From the NCBI GenBank assembly GCA_050952625.1, contig JBMNLH010000001.1, positions 1,280,001 to 1,344,000 on the forward strand: DNA of 64,000 nucleotides, written 5' to 3'. The position numbers and the translations under genes are program-made. Each line of letters begins with the position of its first letter. The first letter of the stretch is position 1. The DNA comes from Bacillota bacterium. GTDB taxonomy: Bacteria; Bacillota; Ch66; Ch109. The notes beneath the pieces were generated by a model. The model did not search any database. It saw nothing but the letters and a program-made list of their open reading frames with translations, and was not told the DNA's origin. Positions 10,476 to 19,982 of the stretch are shown here, piece by piece.

Positions 10476-10941
10476 AGAAAAGATGTTGACACAAAACCCC
10501 AGCACGATGTAGATGAGTTGTGCTGGGGTTCGCTTTTGTCAATGCACCTGAATATTAACCGCTTACAGTGTTTTTAAAAGTACTTAGTTTATTAAGTGCT
10601 AGGGTAATATGTCAACCCCCTAATAGAACAAATATTTTTCCCGTATGAAAGGTATACAAAATCAAGGCCACCTGAAAAGCGCACATTTGTCCGCCAAATC
10701 AAGATGCCTCCTTATATATGGTTTTAATGCACTTCAGTTAACCTGGAAGTGCTTGCGGGCCTCAAATTAGACACAAAAGGCTAAGCTCATGAGGCCAAAA
10801 CTCAACCTTCAAAAAGCGATATTTCATCCCTCCTGGGCCTTACCGCCAATGGGTCAACAGACGTATCAAACCGGCAGCAGAACAGCAGACAGCGGCGGAT
10901 GGTGGACATTAACAGTAAAGTAATCGTGATATAAAACTCAA

Positions 10942-12186
10942 TCAAGTGCGTGGTGGTTGGTAGATCTTATTAGTCGATAAGAGCGTATAAATCAAACGTA
11001 CAAATTTACGAGCCGTCAGTACCAAAGCTCGTTTGTGCGCATGAGTTCTCGCCTCGTTGTATTTTTTAGCATAAAAAGCCTGATATTCTGAAGTGTGTCT
11101 ACGGAGTTGATCAGCCGATTGGATCAAGTAGTAACGTAAATAACTATTACCGCTGCGATTCAACGGCGTCTCATCCGCTGTGAAGTCACCTGACTGATGT
11201 TCATTCCAGGTTAGCCCTGCGAATTTAGCTAATTTAGACTGATCGGCAAAGCGGGAGATATCTCCTATCTCAGAAATAATTCCGGCCGAAAGAACCGGGC
11301 CAATACCAGGTATTGAGATCAATGGGTTAAAGATCGGCCTCATTTCTCGTTCAATAGTGTTGTTAATCTTATTCACAGATTGTTCAAAAAAACGAATGTT
11401 GTTCATACTTAGTTCGAGAATAGTATTAACCGAACTAGCCATATTTGGTTTCAACCGGTAAGCATCGCGAGCAATCTTTTGAATCTGTACTGCCAGGTCA
11501 ATAGGCGACTCAAACTTATAGCGGCCCTTCTCTGCCAGAAACACCGCTAATTCCTCCAGGGGCATAGCGGCAATCTCATCAGTGGAGAAAAAATCATTGA
11601 TCAAAGAAAGGCTAGCGGTACCAAATGGATTGCTAAAATCCGAATTATGATAAGTACTGAATTTCAAAAAGAGCATGTTCAAAAAGTAGTTCTTTTCTCG
11701 AATCAGAGATCCGATTAGATGAAATCGATAACGGGTCAGACGTTGTAGGGGTTGATACATATCATCGACCTCGTATGGTGGGGGAAGGCCTCGGCCCAGT
11801 CGCAAGCGTTCTGCGATCATCAAGGCATCATAGGTGTCGTTTTTTCCCCGCAAGGGATAAGACTTCTTGAAATTCTTGATAATACGCGGATTAATTGCAT
11901 AAACCTGAGGCTTATATGGCTGTAAAACTGTGGACTGGACTAGAAAATTCAGCAGGTGATAGTGAAAGAACGCGGTAGCCTCCATACCGATACGTAACTT
12001 TATCACCTTAACTTCAGCCATAACCTCAAGAATTTTATTCACTAGTCTTTCGGCCCCACCCTGGGAATTTTCGAAAACAAATTTAGGTAACGGGATATGC
12101 TCATCCGAGATTACAAAACAAGCGACATTGGACGATTTGCTGACATCAATACCAACAAACAAGGTATCCCAAGACAAACGAAGCAC
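10942..12186 (-). CDS. IS110 family transposase/recombinase
   Basis: VGIDVSK, GMEATA, KNDTYDA, FAGL…QSG motifs. Confidence 0.95.
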   Translation of the reverse strand: MLRLSWDTLFVGIDVSKSSNVACFVISDEHIPLPKFVFENSQGGAERLVNKILEVMAEVKVIKLRIGMEATAFFHYHLLNFLVQSTVLQPYKPQVYAINPRIIKNFKKSYPLRGKNDTYDALMIAERLRLGRGLPPPYEVDDMYQPLQRLTRYRFHLIGSLIREKNYFLNMLFLKFSTYHNSDFSNPFGTASLSLINDFFSTDEIAAMPLEELAVFLAEKGRYKFESPIDLAVQIQKIARDAYRLKPNMASSVNTILELSMNNIRFFEQSVNKINNTIEREMRPIFNPLISIPGIGPVLSAGIISEIGDISRFADQSKLAKFAGLTWNEHQSGDFTADETPLNRSGNSYLRYYLIQSADQLRRHTSEYQAFYAKKYNEARTHAHKRALVLTARKFVRLIYTLLSTNKIYQPPRT

Positions 12187-12224
12187 CTCTCAGTAAGCAG
12201 ATTTTCTTCGCTCCGATCCGGTGC

Positions 12225-12395
12225 AAGCAGAACAGCCTCGCTGTATTAGAACACATCTTGAGGCGGGAGACGGCCAGGACCTGCTGCCACCCTGGTCAAC
12301 CACAAGCGGAACAGGCTAGGGTTAGAGCCTTTACACCGTTGGACGAAGAGACAGACTTTATTAAGCAGTCAGTGCTGCAGGAGCTAATGGCTTGA
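12225..12395 (-). ncRNA. Putative bridge RNA unit 1
   Basis: Minus strand: CTCCT-hairpin(GCAG/CTGC)-TAATAAAG target loop … GCGAG donor guide. Confidence 0.6.
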
Positions 12396-12485
12396 GAATT
12401 TATCTGGCTTACTAACTTATCAATTATAAAGACAAAGGCATGTCTGGTAAAGTATTAAGCTTATTACCCCCAAGAAAGCGATGGA

Positions 12486-12510
12486 AGAAAAAAGCCCGTC
12501 GAAACGGGCT
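12486..12510 (-). terminator. Terminator between the two bridge RNA units
   Basis: Minus strand AGCCCGT-TTCG-ACGGGCT-TTTTT. Confidence 0.75.
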
Positions 12511-12539
12511 AATAACCTATAAAAGCCAACATGTCTACC

Positions 12540-12668
12540 AGCGCAAACAGCCTCGCATAACAATTAGAACTTAACGAACAAGCTAAGAGTTAGTATTACG
12601 CCAGATAGACCGGGGAACGCACACTTAAAGAGCAATCAGGTTGCAGGGAGAATTAACGCCACCCCCGA
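12540..12668 (-). ncRNA. Putative bridge RNA unit 2
   Basis: Minus strand: CTCCCT-hairpin(GCAA/TTGC)-TTAAG matches the actual target; TTATGCGAG matches donor TTATACGAG. Confidence 0.65.
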
Positions 12669-13185
12669 CTACGAGCAGCCTGTCAGCTACACTATAGAAT
12701 TAATATTCTTGAGTTCTATCGATTTTTAAGAGAAATGGTAATACCAGAATTAGCAATTTTTGATTTGTAAGGTAAGTAGTATGAAAGGCATGACGTCCTA
12801 CCCTTCAACTGCAAGAAGAACGAGCAACCATGTTGATCAATGTTGGAATAAGGGGTAGCGTAACCCGCCTGAATTAGGGTGAATCACTTTTCTGTGATTT
12901 ATATCCCTCAGGTTTCCCCATAAGCCAACTATCATCAAATGACAGATCAGGATTATATTTCGAACGCATCACCTCATAATTTAATGAAGCTTAAGACCAC
13001 CATCCATAACCTTCAGCTTCCTCTCGTACATCCGTTGCGCAATGTGTGGATATCCATATGTACATTGAGAGGTTGCCAAATCGATTTCCGATGGTCATGG
13101 CTCCATGTTTGGAACCGGTTCCTACGCTAAGGGGCTGATTAAAAGTCCCTTGGCCTGATCACTATTATACGAGGGAGGTAAAAAG

Positions 13186-13653
13186 GTGATGTTTAAAAAG
13201 TTTTATAAAGTGAAAACATTATCTGTCGTAATTGCTCTTGTTGCTGGTTTTTTAGTAGGGACACTTTATTTCATACCTGTAGTAGCTTTTAGCCAATCTA
13301 GCCAAGATATTGTGTCTGTTCCGGTATTTCCAGTTAATAAAAATGGAGAGACATATGGTTCCCTCGCTAAGGTTAATTCTCCCGGACAAGAACCAGATTT
13401 AGTTATGGCAATAGGGGTGGATGGGACTCGTGGATATGTTAAATATGTTGACTTGAATGGAAAACAACCAAGAACACCAGAAGAAGCTATAGCTTTACAA
13501 AACAGTAGACTAAAGGAAGGCCCTAAAACAATTCCACTATATGATGTTGATGGAAAAACTATTATAGGCGAATTTAAAATCAGTAAACCAAAGGGTATAG
13601 AAATAACCAAAGAAACTACGCAGGAAGATATTTTTAAGGTGTTAGAAAAGTAG
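13186..13653 (+). CDS. Secreted/membrane-anchored hypothetical protein
   Basis: N-terminal TM/signal; FPVNKNGETYGS…EPDLV…GTRGYV…IPLYDVDGKTIIGEF. Confidence 0.85.
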   Translation: MMFKKFYKVKTLSVVIALVAGFLVGTLYFIPVVAFSQSSQDIVSVPVFPVNKNGETYGSLAKVNSPGQEPDLVMAIGVDGTRGYVKYVDLNGKQPRTPEEAIALQNSRLKEGPKTIPLYDVDGKTIIGEFKISKPKGIEITKETTQEDIFKVLEK

Positions 13654-13815
13654 TCGTGTTTAAATAAAAAGGAACCCTATAGAAATATCTCAAATTTATC
13701 GCCAGTGATGACTTGCTACTGGGGAACTGATTTTGAGATATTTTTTTGAAAAATTTTTTTGGGTATATAAGGAAATTGTAATATTTGCTCTGAAACGGGC
13801 AAGGAAATCCGCTAT

Positions 13816-14122
13816 ATGATCAAAAAATTGAAGTGCTACATGATATTAGCCATTGAGAACCGCGAAGGCAAAGATAGCCGAGCTAACGGGGAACTTTTTT
13901 ACCTGTTTTGCGATGAGGTAGCAGATCTTGATTTTACTCAGGCTTTTTTGTATATCTTAGATTTGTTTACAAAGACACTCCGAGAAAATCTTTTTCTGTC
14001 TGACGCTATGGTTAATCAGATCTTATCTTCTTTCATGGATAAGCTGCCCAGTTTTATTAAAAATCGGTTAAGGCTTAATGCTGCATAAAAGAGTGATTTG
14101 TTAACTGCGAAAGTTGAGTTAG
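13816..14122 (+). pseudogene. IS4-like transposase C-terminal remnant with right end
   Basis: GELFYLFCDEVADLDF…FMDKLP C-terminus followed by CTGCGAAAGTTGAG end-like sequence. Confidence 0.6.
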
Positions 14123-14128
14123 TAATAA

Positions 14129-14566
14129 CTTCAGTTTAAGTTTTCAGGCTACACCCCCCAACCTCCTGATAAACTGGAAGCGGACATTGCTAAAATACAG
14201 TCGGATGTATCTTTTAATTTTAAGATAGCTGTTCCTAAATATGTTCCTCAAGGTTTCGAGTATAAAGGGATTGAAAAAATTCCTGGCAGCCAAAAACCAA
14301 GGATAACCATGAACTTTACAGATCAAGACTCGTTTGTAACGATTAATCAGGCTATAGCAACCGACAATAGGAGCCTTACCATCAATATTGATGCAGACAG
14401 GGGAAAAGTCGAAGAAGTTCAGTTTGGAAAATGCACGGGATTATTAATAACTTTTTTCGATGGTAAGTGTGAACTGATTTGGATATCGGATGATAATGTC
14501 GAATACTCAATATTTGGAGACTTAGAACCAGAGCAAGTGCTGGAAATGGCCACCCTAATGCAATAA
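14129..14566 (+). pseudogene. DUF4367-type anti-sigma C-terminal half (5' end lost)
   Basis: Frame open upstream of the 14309 ATG: …IAVPKYVPQGFEY…; C-terminus ELIWISDDNVEYSIFGDL…EMA; paralog of 3532..3996. Confidence 0.7.
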
Positions 14567-14635
14567 CAAAAAACAAAAGAGTGGTATCACTTGTATTTGA
14601 AGTGACCTCACTCTTTTTATAGTTAGATAATAGTA

Positions 14636-15130
14636 TTACTGGATAAAAATAGCATCTGAAGCTGAACCCTGGGCATCGATAATACCTCCATTTCTGGCGT
14701 TATGGGTGCTTATGGTTCTATAGTAATAGCCTCTGGCTACCGAGATGTAGGAAGAACCATAAATCGTATACGTATTACTGTCACTGTAGGTCCGGTTGGT
14801 TACATTTGTCCAACCGGAACCGTTCCATTGTTGCAAATAGACCTTGGCATCAAGGTAATCTACTGTTCCATAAGTAATTGTTTCCCCAATTATCGTTACG
14901 GTTCCATCATTATTATCCTCAATCCCACAACTCCACTGCCTGATTAATGTAGTTCCTTGGGGTGAAATATTCGTCTTGGTATTAATTTTTATGCTTTTAC
15001 TAGGATCATTGGAAATCTGATGATCGGGAGGAGGACCGGTAAGAGGTACGGCGTTAGCTAAACCAGGAAAAGACATAATGAGTACCACCAGGGTTAATAA
15101 AGAGGCCAGCAATTTGATTTTTTTTGCCAT
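14636..15130 (-). CDS. Secreted protein, DUF6147-like
   Basis: Signal peptide; VYLQQWNGSGW and RGYYYR; paralog of 6593..7084. Confidence 0.8.
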   Translation of the reverse strand: MAKKIKLLASLLTLVVLIMSFPGLANAVPLTGPPPDHQISNDPSKSIKINTKTNISPQGTTLIRQWSCGIEDNNDGTVTIIGETITYGTVDYLDAKVYLQQWNGSGWTNVTNRTYSDSNTYTIYGSSYISVARGYYYRTISTHNARNGGIIDAQGSASDAIFIQ

Positions 15131-15156
15131 TTAAAAAACCGCCTTTCTTTAAAATT

Positions 15157-15194
15157 CTATATATAAGACTCTTTAAACACAAAAAAGGTTTGCA
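15157..15194 (-). promoter_or_regulatory. ECF-type promoter copy 5
   Basis: Minus strand gcaAACC-N17-GTCTtatatatag. Confidence 0.7.
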
Positions 15195-15218
15195 CAAAAT
15201 TTATTTTTTTATAAAACA

Positions 15219-15258
15219 TGCCAACCTTTTTTAGTTTTAAGGACTCTTATAAGTATAG
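15219..15258 (+). promoter_or_regulatory. ECF-type promoter copy 6 (divergent)
   Basis: tgccAACC(15223)-N17-CTCTtataagtatag. Confidence 0.6.
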
Positions 15259-15406
15259 ATTCCTAAAAATACGTTTAAGGGAGGTGAAATTTAGTAAATC
15301 AATATTTTGAGGAGGTGAAAATGAAAGTTATTTGAGAATTATGTTTTCTGGCCCAGCTTAGTCCTGGCGACAATACTCGAATAATAATAAGAAAGCGGGT
15401 GTAGAA

Positions 15407-16099
15407 ATGATATTAAACAAAAAAATATCCTTAGTTTTACTTGCTGCTTTTTGTATTATAATGATATTACCTTTATATGGCTTTGGAAGTACCGAAATTG
15501 ATGATGCGAAAGATGATATAATAATTAAAGAAAATCTGGTTGAAGTGAAACCTGATGGGATTTTTATACAAGCAGGTACAAAACAAACTGAAATCGCACA
15601 GCAACTACATGGTGAAAAAATTAGCTATGGGGAGTTTGTCAGAAGAGTTTTCCCAGAAGCAGTTAACTATATCAAGCCAGAGCATATGCAAGACATGGAT
15701 AGTAAACCATTCCCCTGGGAAGATAAGGATAACAGCCAGCTTGAACAAAATGTTACTAATCTATCATATCCAAACTGGATATATTTTGTGTCAAATATTG
15801 GCGGTACAGCTAGAGAGATTGGATACTCTGCTACTCAACAATTGGTTTTTCCTACTGCTCTATGCTCTTATATGAGTACTACTGCGACGGTAGAAAAAGA
15901 TAATAATGGGACAATAACCCAAGAAACCTATGCATATTCTTATAGTGCTGACTGCGTTATGGATGTAGCATCGGGTATTTATAATGGCGGCCCTGGTGTT
16001 TATAGATCAGTCGGGTATTATTTATACGGAAGCCCTCCAGGATATTCTCCACCAAGTGGTACTTACACTACGTATACTTCTTGGAAAAACATGAATTAA
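15407..16099 (+). CDS. Secreted hypothetical protein (Tyr/Gly/Thr-rich C-terminal domain, two Cys)
   Basis: Signal peptide; 230 aa; terminator-like hairpin at ~16225-16270. Confidence 0.85.
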   Translation: MILNKKISLVLLAAFCIIMILPLYGFGSTEIDDAKDDIIIKENLVEVKPDGIFIQAGTKQTEIAQQLHGEKISYGEFVRRVFPEAVNYIKPEHMQDMDSKPFPWEDKDNSQLEQNVTNLSYPNWIYFVSNIGGTAREIGYSATQQLVFPTALCSYMSTTATVEKDNNGTITQETYAYSYSADCVMDVASGIYNGGPGVYRSVGYYLYGSPPGYSPPSGTYTTYTSWKNMN

Positions 16100-17164
16100 G
16101 AGATGGAATTAGATAATTCGAACAAAGAATAATAGCAATTGGAGGCTTTTGTAAGTAACTGTACTTTGTCGAAATAATTAAATTTAGAAAATACTAGAAT
16201 TTCATTTCGTGTATTTTCGGTCAAAAAAGAAAGAGGCAAATCCCTTAACGGTTAAGAGATTTGTCTCTTTTGTAGTATAGTAGTTTAGATATTATAATAA
16301 GGATTAAACAGGAGTTTAACTATCCAGGAACACTATTCAAAAAGGAAGAAAGAAGGAGATATTATGTTATGGATAATAACCAGTTCCAAAATACAACAGA
16401 AACAGCGAAATCAAAAAATAAGGGAGAGAGTCAGAAAAAGAACATAAGAATTGCAATTAAATGGTTTATTATGTTGTTTGCAATTTTTTGTTTATTCATC
16501 ATACAAGCAATTAAACTGGACGTCGCTAATATAGATAATTCAGTGAGCCAGTATGATATAGCAGATTACCCAGAGCGTCAAATTAAAGTAAATGGAAACC
16601 TGTTTGCCGGTTTAAATAATTCAAACATCATGGGTTTAGCCAAGGTTAGTAATATGGGATTAACTACGGTTCCTGAATTATCCGCAACCCAAGAAGGAGC
16701 AACTGTTACCTTAAAGGAAGTATACTACGATAAATCACAAATTGCCTTAGGTTTGGAATTTAAAGGATTTAGCGATTATAACAGCTTTTATTTTGCTTTT
16801 TTTCAAAATGATATAGAAATAATTCCAAAAAGTGCGAGCGGGACGAATTTCCCGGTGTCTGATGACTTGCACTATAAAGTGATCCGCTATAGCTTTATAG
16901 GGAATTTGCCAGATAAATTTGACTTTGACATAATAATTAAAGAACAAGTTGATTTAAAACGGGAATTTGAATTTACTGTCCACCTGGACCGTACGGCATT
17001 AAATGCTTTAACAAGCGATTTTTTTATCAATAAAACATATCAAATAGCAGATAACACAGAGGTATTTGTGAATGATAATCTAAAAGTGAGCCAAAAAGGT
17101 CCTTAGTGATCACGAATAAATGAGCCACTTATCAACCTAAGTGATCAATAATGATCACGAATAA

Positions 17165-18700
17165 GTGAGCCACTCAAACCAATCCCCTGTACAATTGATA
17201 AATCAGAAGCGATGTACAGGGAGGACGAAAGGTGTGATCATCGACGTGGATCTTTATGGCCGTATCCGGCATATGTATGTCAACCAGAACAAATCACAAC
17301 GAGCTATTGCCCGAGAACTGGGCATCTCACGTAACACTGTCAAAAAGTACTGTGGAGGTGATCGCGTCCCCTGGGAACGACAGACCTATGAACGGGAGTC
17401 ATCTGTTGTCACTCAAGAAGTCAAAGACTTTATTCGTCAGTGTTTCGCCCAAGATCAAGCCGAGAACTTACCAAAGCAACGCCATACTGCTAGACGCATC
17501 TACGAACGGTTGAGAGACGAAAAAGGCTTTACCGGCGCAGAATCCACCATTCGACGCGTCGTTCGGGAGATGAAACAACCGGTTAAAGAGGCTTTTGTCC
17601 CACTGGAGTTTGATCCCGGTGAGGCGGCCCAAGTTGACTGGGGTGAAGCCTCGGTTTATCTTAAGGACGTTAAGACTAAGGTTCAGTTATTTTGTTTTAG
17701 ACTCTGCTACAGTGCGGACATCTTTGTTAAAGCCTTCTTTCGTCAAAACCAGGAATCTTTTCTGGAGGGCCACCTGGCTGCTTTTACCCATTGCGGCGGT
17801 GTCCCTCGGAAGGTGATTTTTGATAATGCCAGAGTAGCTGTAAAAGAAGGGTTTGGGCTTCATGCCAAACCTCAGAATACCTATCAGGCACTAAGTGCCC
17901 ACTACGCTTTTGAAATACACTTTACCAACATCAACAGCGGTAACGAAAAAGGTCTAGTTGAAAACCTGGTTGGCTGGTGCAGACGAAATGTGCTGGTGCC
18001 TGTGCCCCGAGTGGACAGCCTGGATGAACTGAATGAAATATTAAGGCTCTCCTGCCTGAAATACCGCAGCCATAAGATCCAAGGCCGAAATCAGACTGTA
18101 GGTGAGCAGTTCTTGACGGACAAGCACTGTTTGAACCCGTTGCCCGCCTTTGTCTTCGATACCAGTAAAAGCCTGACGGTTCGGGTCGGGGATGACAGCC
18201 TGATCCGGTTTGAACGGAACCAATACTCCGTCCCCGTCAATCTAGTCGGTAAAATGGTCAGCCTTAAAGCCTACGGTAACCACTTGGTCTGTTATCACCA
18301 AGGAGACCAGGTTGCTTGGCATCCTCGTTGCTATGGCCAAGGCGAAACATCCTTTGAGTTGGAACACTACCTACCACTTCTGGAGCAAAAACCGCGGTCA
18401 GTGTTTCACGCCAAACCGGTCCGTCGATCAGCGGCCAATGAACTGTTAAACTGGGGCAAGACATTCCCTGGCGGTGCCAAAGATACGGTTAAACTGCTGA
18501 AACTCAGCGTCGAATATGGTCTTGACCGGATCCTGGCGGTTAGAGACCAGTTGCCAGCAGGGATTACCCCTACCATCGAGCTAGTGCAAAATGAACTGGC
18601 CCCTCCAAAGCGAGTAAAACTGACCACCATCAAAGATATTCCGGTCAGCCCGATTGACCTGGCAAGCTATGATCGCAAGTACCGGGTGGTGGCCCAATGA
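17165..18700 (+). CDS. istA: IS21 transposase IstA
   Basis: HTH, QVDWG, FDNAR, EKGLVE; true start probably ~17233. Confidence 0.95.
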   Translation: MSHSNQSPVQLINQKRCTGRTKGVIIDVDLYGRIRHMYVNQNKSQRAIARELGISRNTVKKYCGGDRVPWERQTYERESSVVTQEVKDFIRQCFAQDQAENLPKQRHTARRIYERLRDEKGFTGAESTIRRVVREMKQPVKEAFVPLEFDPGEAAQVDWGEASVYLKDVKTKVQLFCFRLCYSADIFVKAFFRQNQESFLEGHLAAFTHCGGVPRKVIFDNARVAVKEGFGLHAKPQNTYQALSAHYAFEIHFTNINSGNEKGLVENLVGWCRRNVLVPVPRVDSLDELNEILRLSCLKYRSHKIQGRNQTVGEQFLTDKHCLNPLPAFVFDTSKSLTVRVGDDSLIRFERNQYSVPVNLVGKMVSLKAYGNHLVCYHQGDQVAWHPRCYGQGETSFELEHYLPLLEQKPRSVFHAKPVRRSAANELLNWGKTFPGGAKDTVKLLKLSVEYGLDRILAVRDQLPAGITPTIELVQNELAPPKRVKLTTIKDIPVSPIDLASYDRKYRVVAQ

Positions 18701-19422
18701 ACCTAAAAAGCGAGATAATAGCCTTTTATGCCAAACAGCTCCGGGTCCCCAGCTTTACTCGTTACGAAGAAGTGCTGCGCCAGCAAGGGCAGCTAGGGTA
18801 TGAAGACTTTCTCATTGCGATGATGAAGCAGGAATTGGCTTCTCGCAGTGTCAATCAGCAAAAACGACGAATTAAGCAGGCTGGCTTTCCTAGCGAGAAG
18901 ACCCTGGAAGAATTCGATTTTAAACGGCTCAAACACATCGAAGAAGCCTATATTCACCAGTTGGCTAGTTGTGACTATATTCGTAACCGGCAAAACATAT
19001 TGATGATCGGAAACCCCGGTAGTGGCAAATCTCATTTAAGCATTGCCCTAGGCCTTCGAGCCTGCCAGGCAGGATTTCGAGTGAAATTCATCACCGCCGC
19101 CACTCTAGCCACCATGCTGGTGGAGGCCAAGGAAACCAAAGAACTCCTAAAATTGGAACGTCAGCTGCAGAAGGCAGAACTACTTATAATTGATGAACTC
19201 TCATACCTCAGCTTTAACCGCCATCAGTCTGAACTACTCTTTAAAATCATATCTGACCGGGCGGAAAAAAGCAGTGTAATCATCAGTACCAATTTGGAAT
19301 TCTCGCGCTGGACAGAGTTATTTGAAAATACCACGCTCATCGCAGCACTGGTGGACCGGCTCACTTTTCGGTCTCACATTTTGAACATGAACAATCCGTC
19401 CTATCGGATGGATCATGGTTAG
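18697..19422 (+). CDS. istB: IS21 helper ATPase IstB
   Basis: GNPGSGKS Walker A, LIIDE Walker B, ALVDRL. Confidence 0.95.
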   Translation: MNLKSEIIAFYAKQLRVPSFTRYEEVLRQQGQLGYEDFLIAMMKQELASRSVNQQKRRIKQAGFPSEKTLEEFDFKRLKHIEEAYIHQLASCDYIRNRQNILMIGNPGSGKSHLSIALGLRACQAGFRVKFITAATLATMLVEAKETKELLKLERQLQKAELLIIDELSYLSFNRHQSELLFKIISDRAEKSSVIISTNLEFSRWTELFENTTLIAALVDRLTFRSHILNMNNPSYRMDHG

Positions 19423-19982
19423 TGGGTTGTTAAGATGCCGCAGATGTGGATTATGATGGATAACTCCTTCGGAGTTACCCACAAACTCCACAACTGCTTG
19501 GACAATGCTGCGCATTGACCACATCTTAACAACTTCTACGACGAACGTATTTCTTCTTTTTCTTCTTCAAAGAACAGTAAACTAATGACTGACAGGTGGC
19601 TCACTTATTAGTGATCACCGTGGCTCAAAAATTCATGATCAACCGGCTCAAATATTCGTTGACATTCGGAGGTATTTGTAAAAAGGCTTTTATTTACCCC
19701 GGCAGCTACTTATATAGAGTGCGATTTACTGAAACCAATAGGCTTAATTAATTTTATTAATCCAAATTTATATCTAGAAATGCAGGATAATCAGGGAAAT
19801 AAAGTAGAATTGTCTGGGTTTACGGGTGGAGGTAGTTTCGACAATGACCGCCAGGTTATATCCTATTATGCTTTTTATCATCCCTGTGATGAAGTACCGG
19901 AGGCGCTAAAATGTCAATTTTATAAACAGGGAACTAATAAACCAATGTTTTCTTCGTTCAGTATAGATTTAACCAGATAATA

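Larger units (their letters stand above)
8009..10566 (+). mobile_element. IS66-family element
   Basis: 25-bp TIRs GTAAGCG(ctc/gtt)AATATTCAGGTGCAT; 8-bp TSD AGTGTTTT (8001-8008 / 10567-10574). Confidence 0.95.
10595..13173 (-). mobile_element. IS110-family element #2 with ~1-kb 5' non-coding end
   Basis: Core AG (minus CT) at 10595-96 and 13172-73; circle junction rebuilds TTGACA-N17-TATAAT; empty site rebuilds the SD taAGGGAGGt. Confidence 0.85.
17067..19668 (+). mobile_element. IS21-family element
   Basis: istA/istB; subterminal TGAGCC and GTGATCA repeats; flanking direct repeat GAGGTATT (17059-66 / 19669-76). Confidence 0.92.
16369..19980 (+). pseudogene. DUF4179-like membrane-anchored protein split by IS21
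   Basis: TM plus GATVTLKEVYYD motif; frame resumes after the IS (EVFVKRLLFTPAATYI…MQDNQGNK…SIDLTR). Confidence 0.75.

Noticed and set aside
12225-12395. Plus-strand reading of the bridge RNA (TTTATTAAG at 12357-65 equals target flank 10588-96)
   Set aside because: The match is real, but the minus-strand model fits both units, the hairpin between guides, the terminator and the promoter direction; kept only as an alternative
12939-13130. 63-aa ORF within the IS110 #2 non-coding end as cargo
   Set aside because: No SD or recognisable motif; antisense to the element
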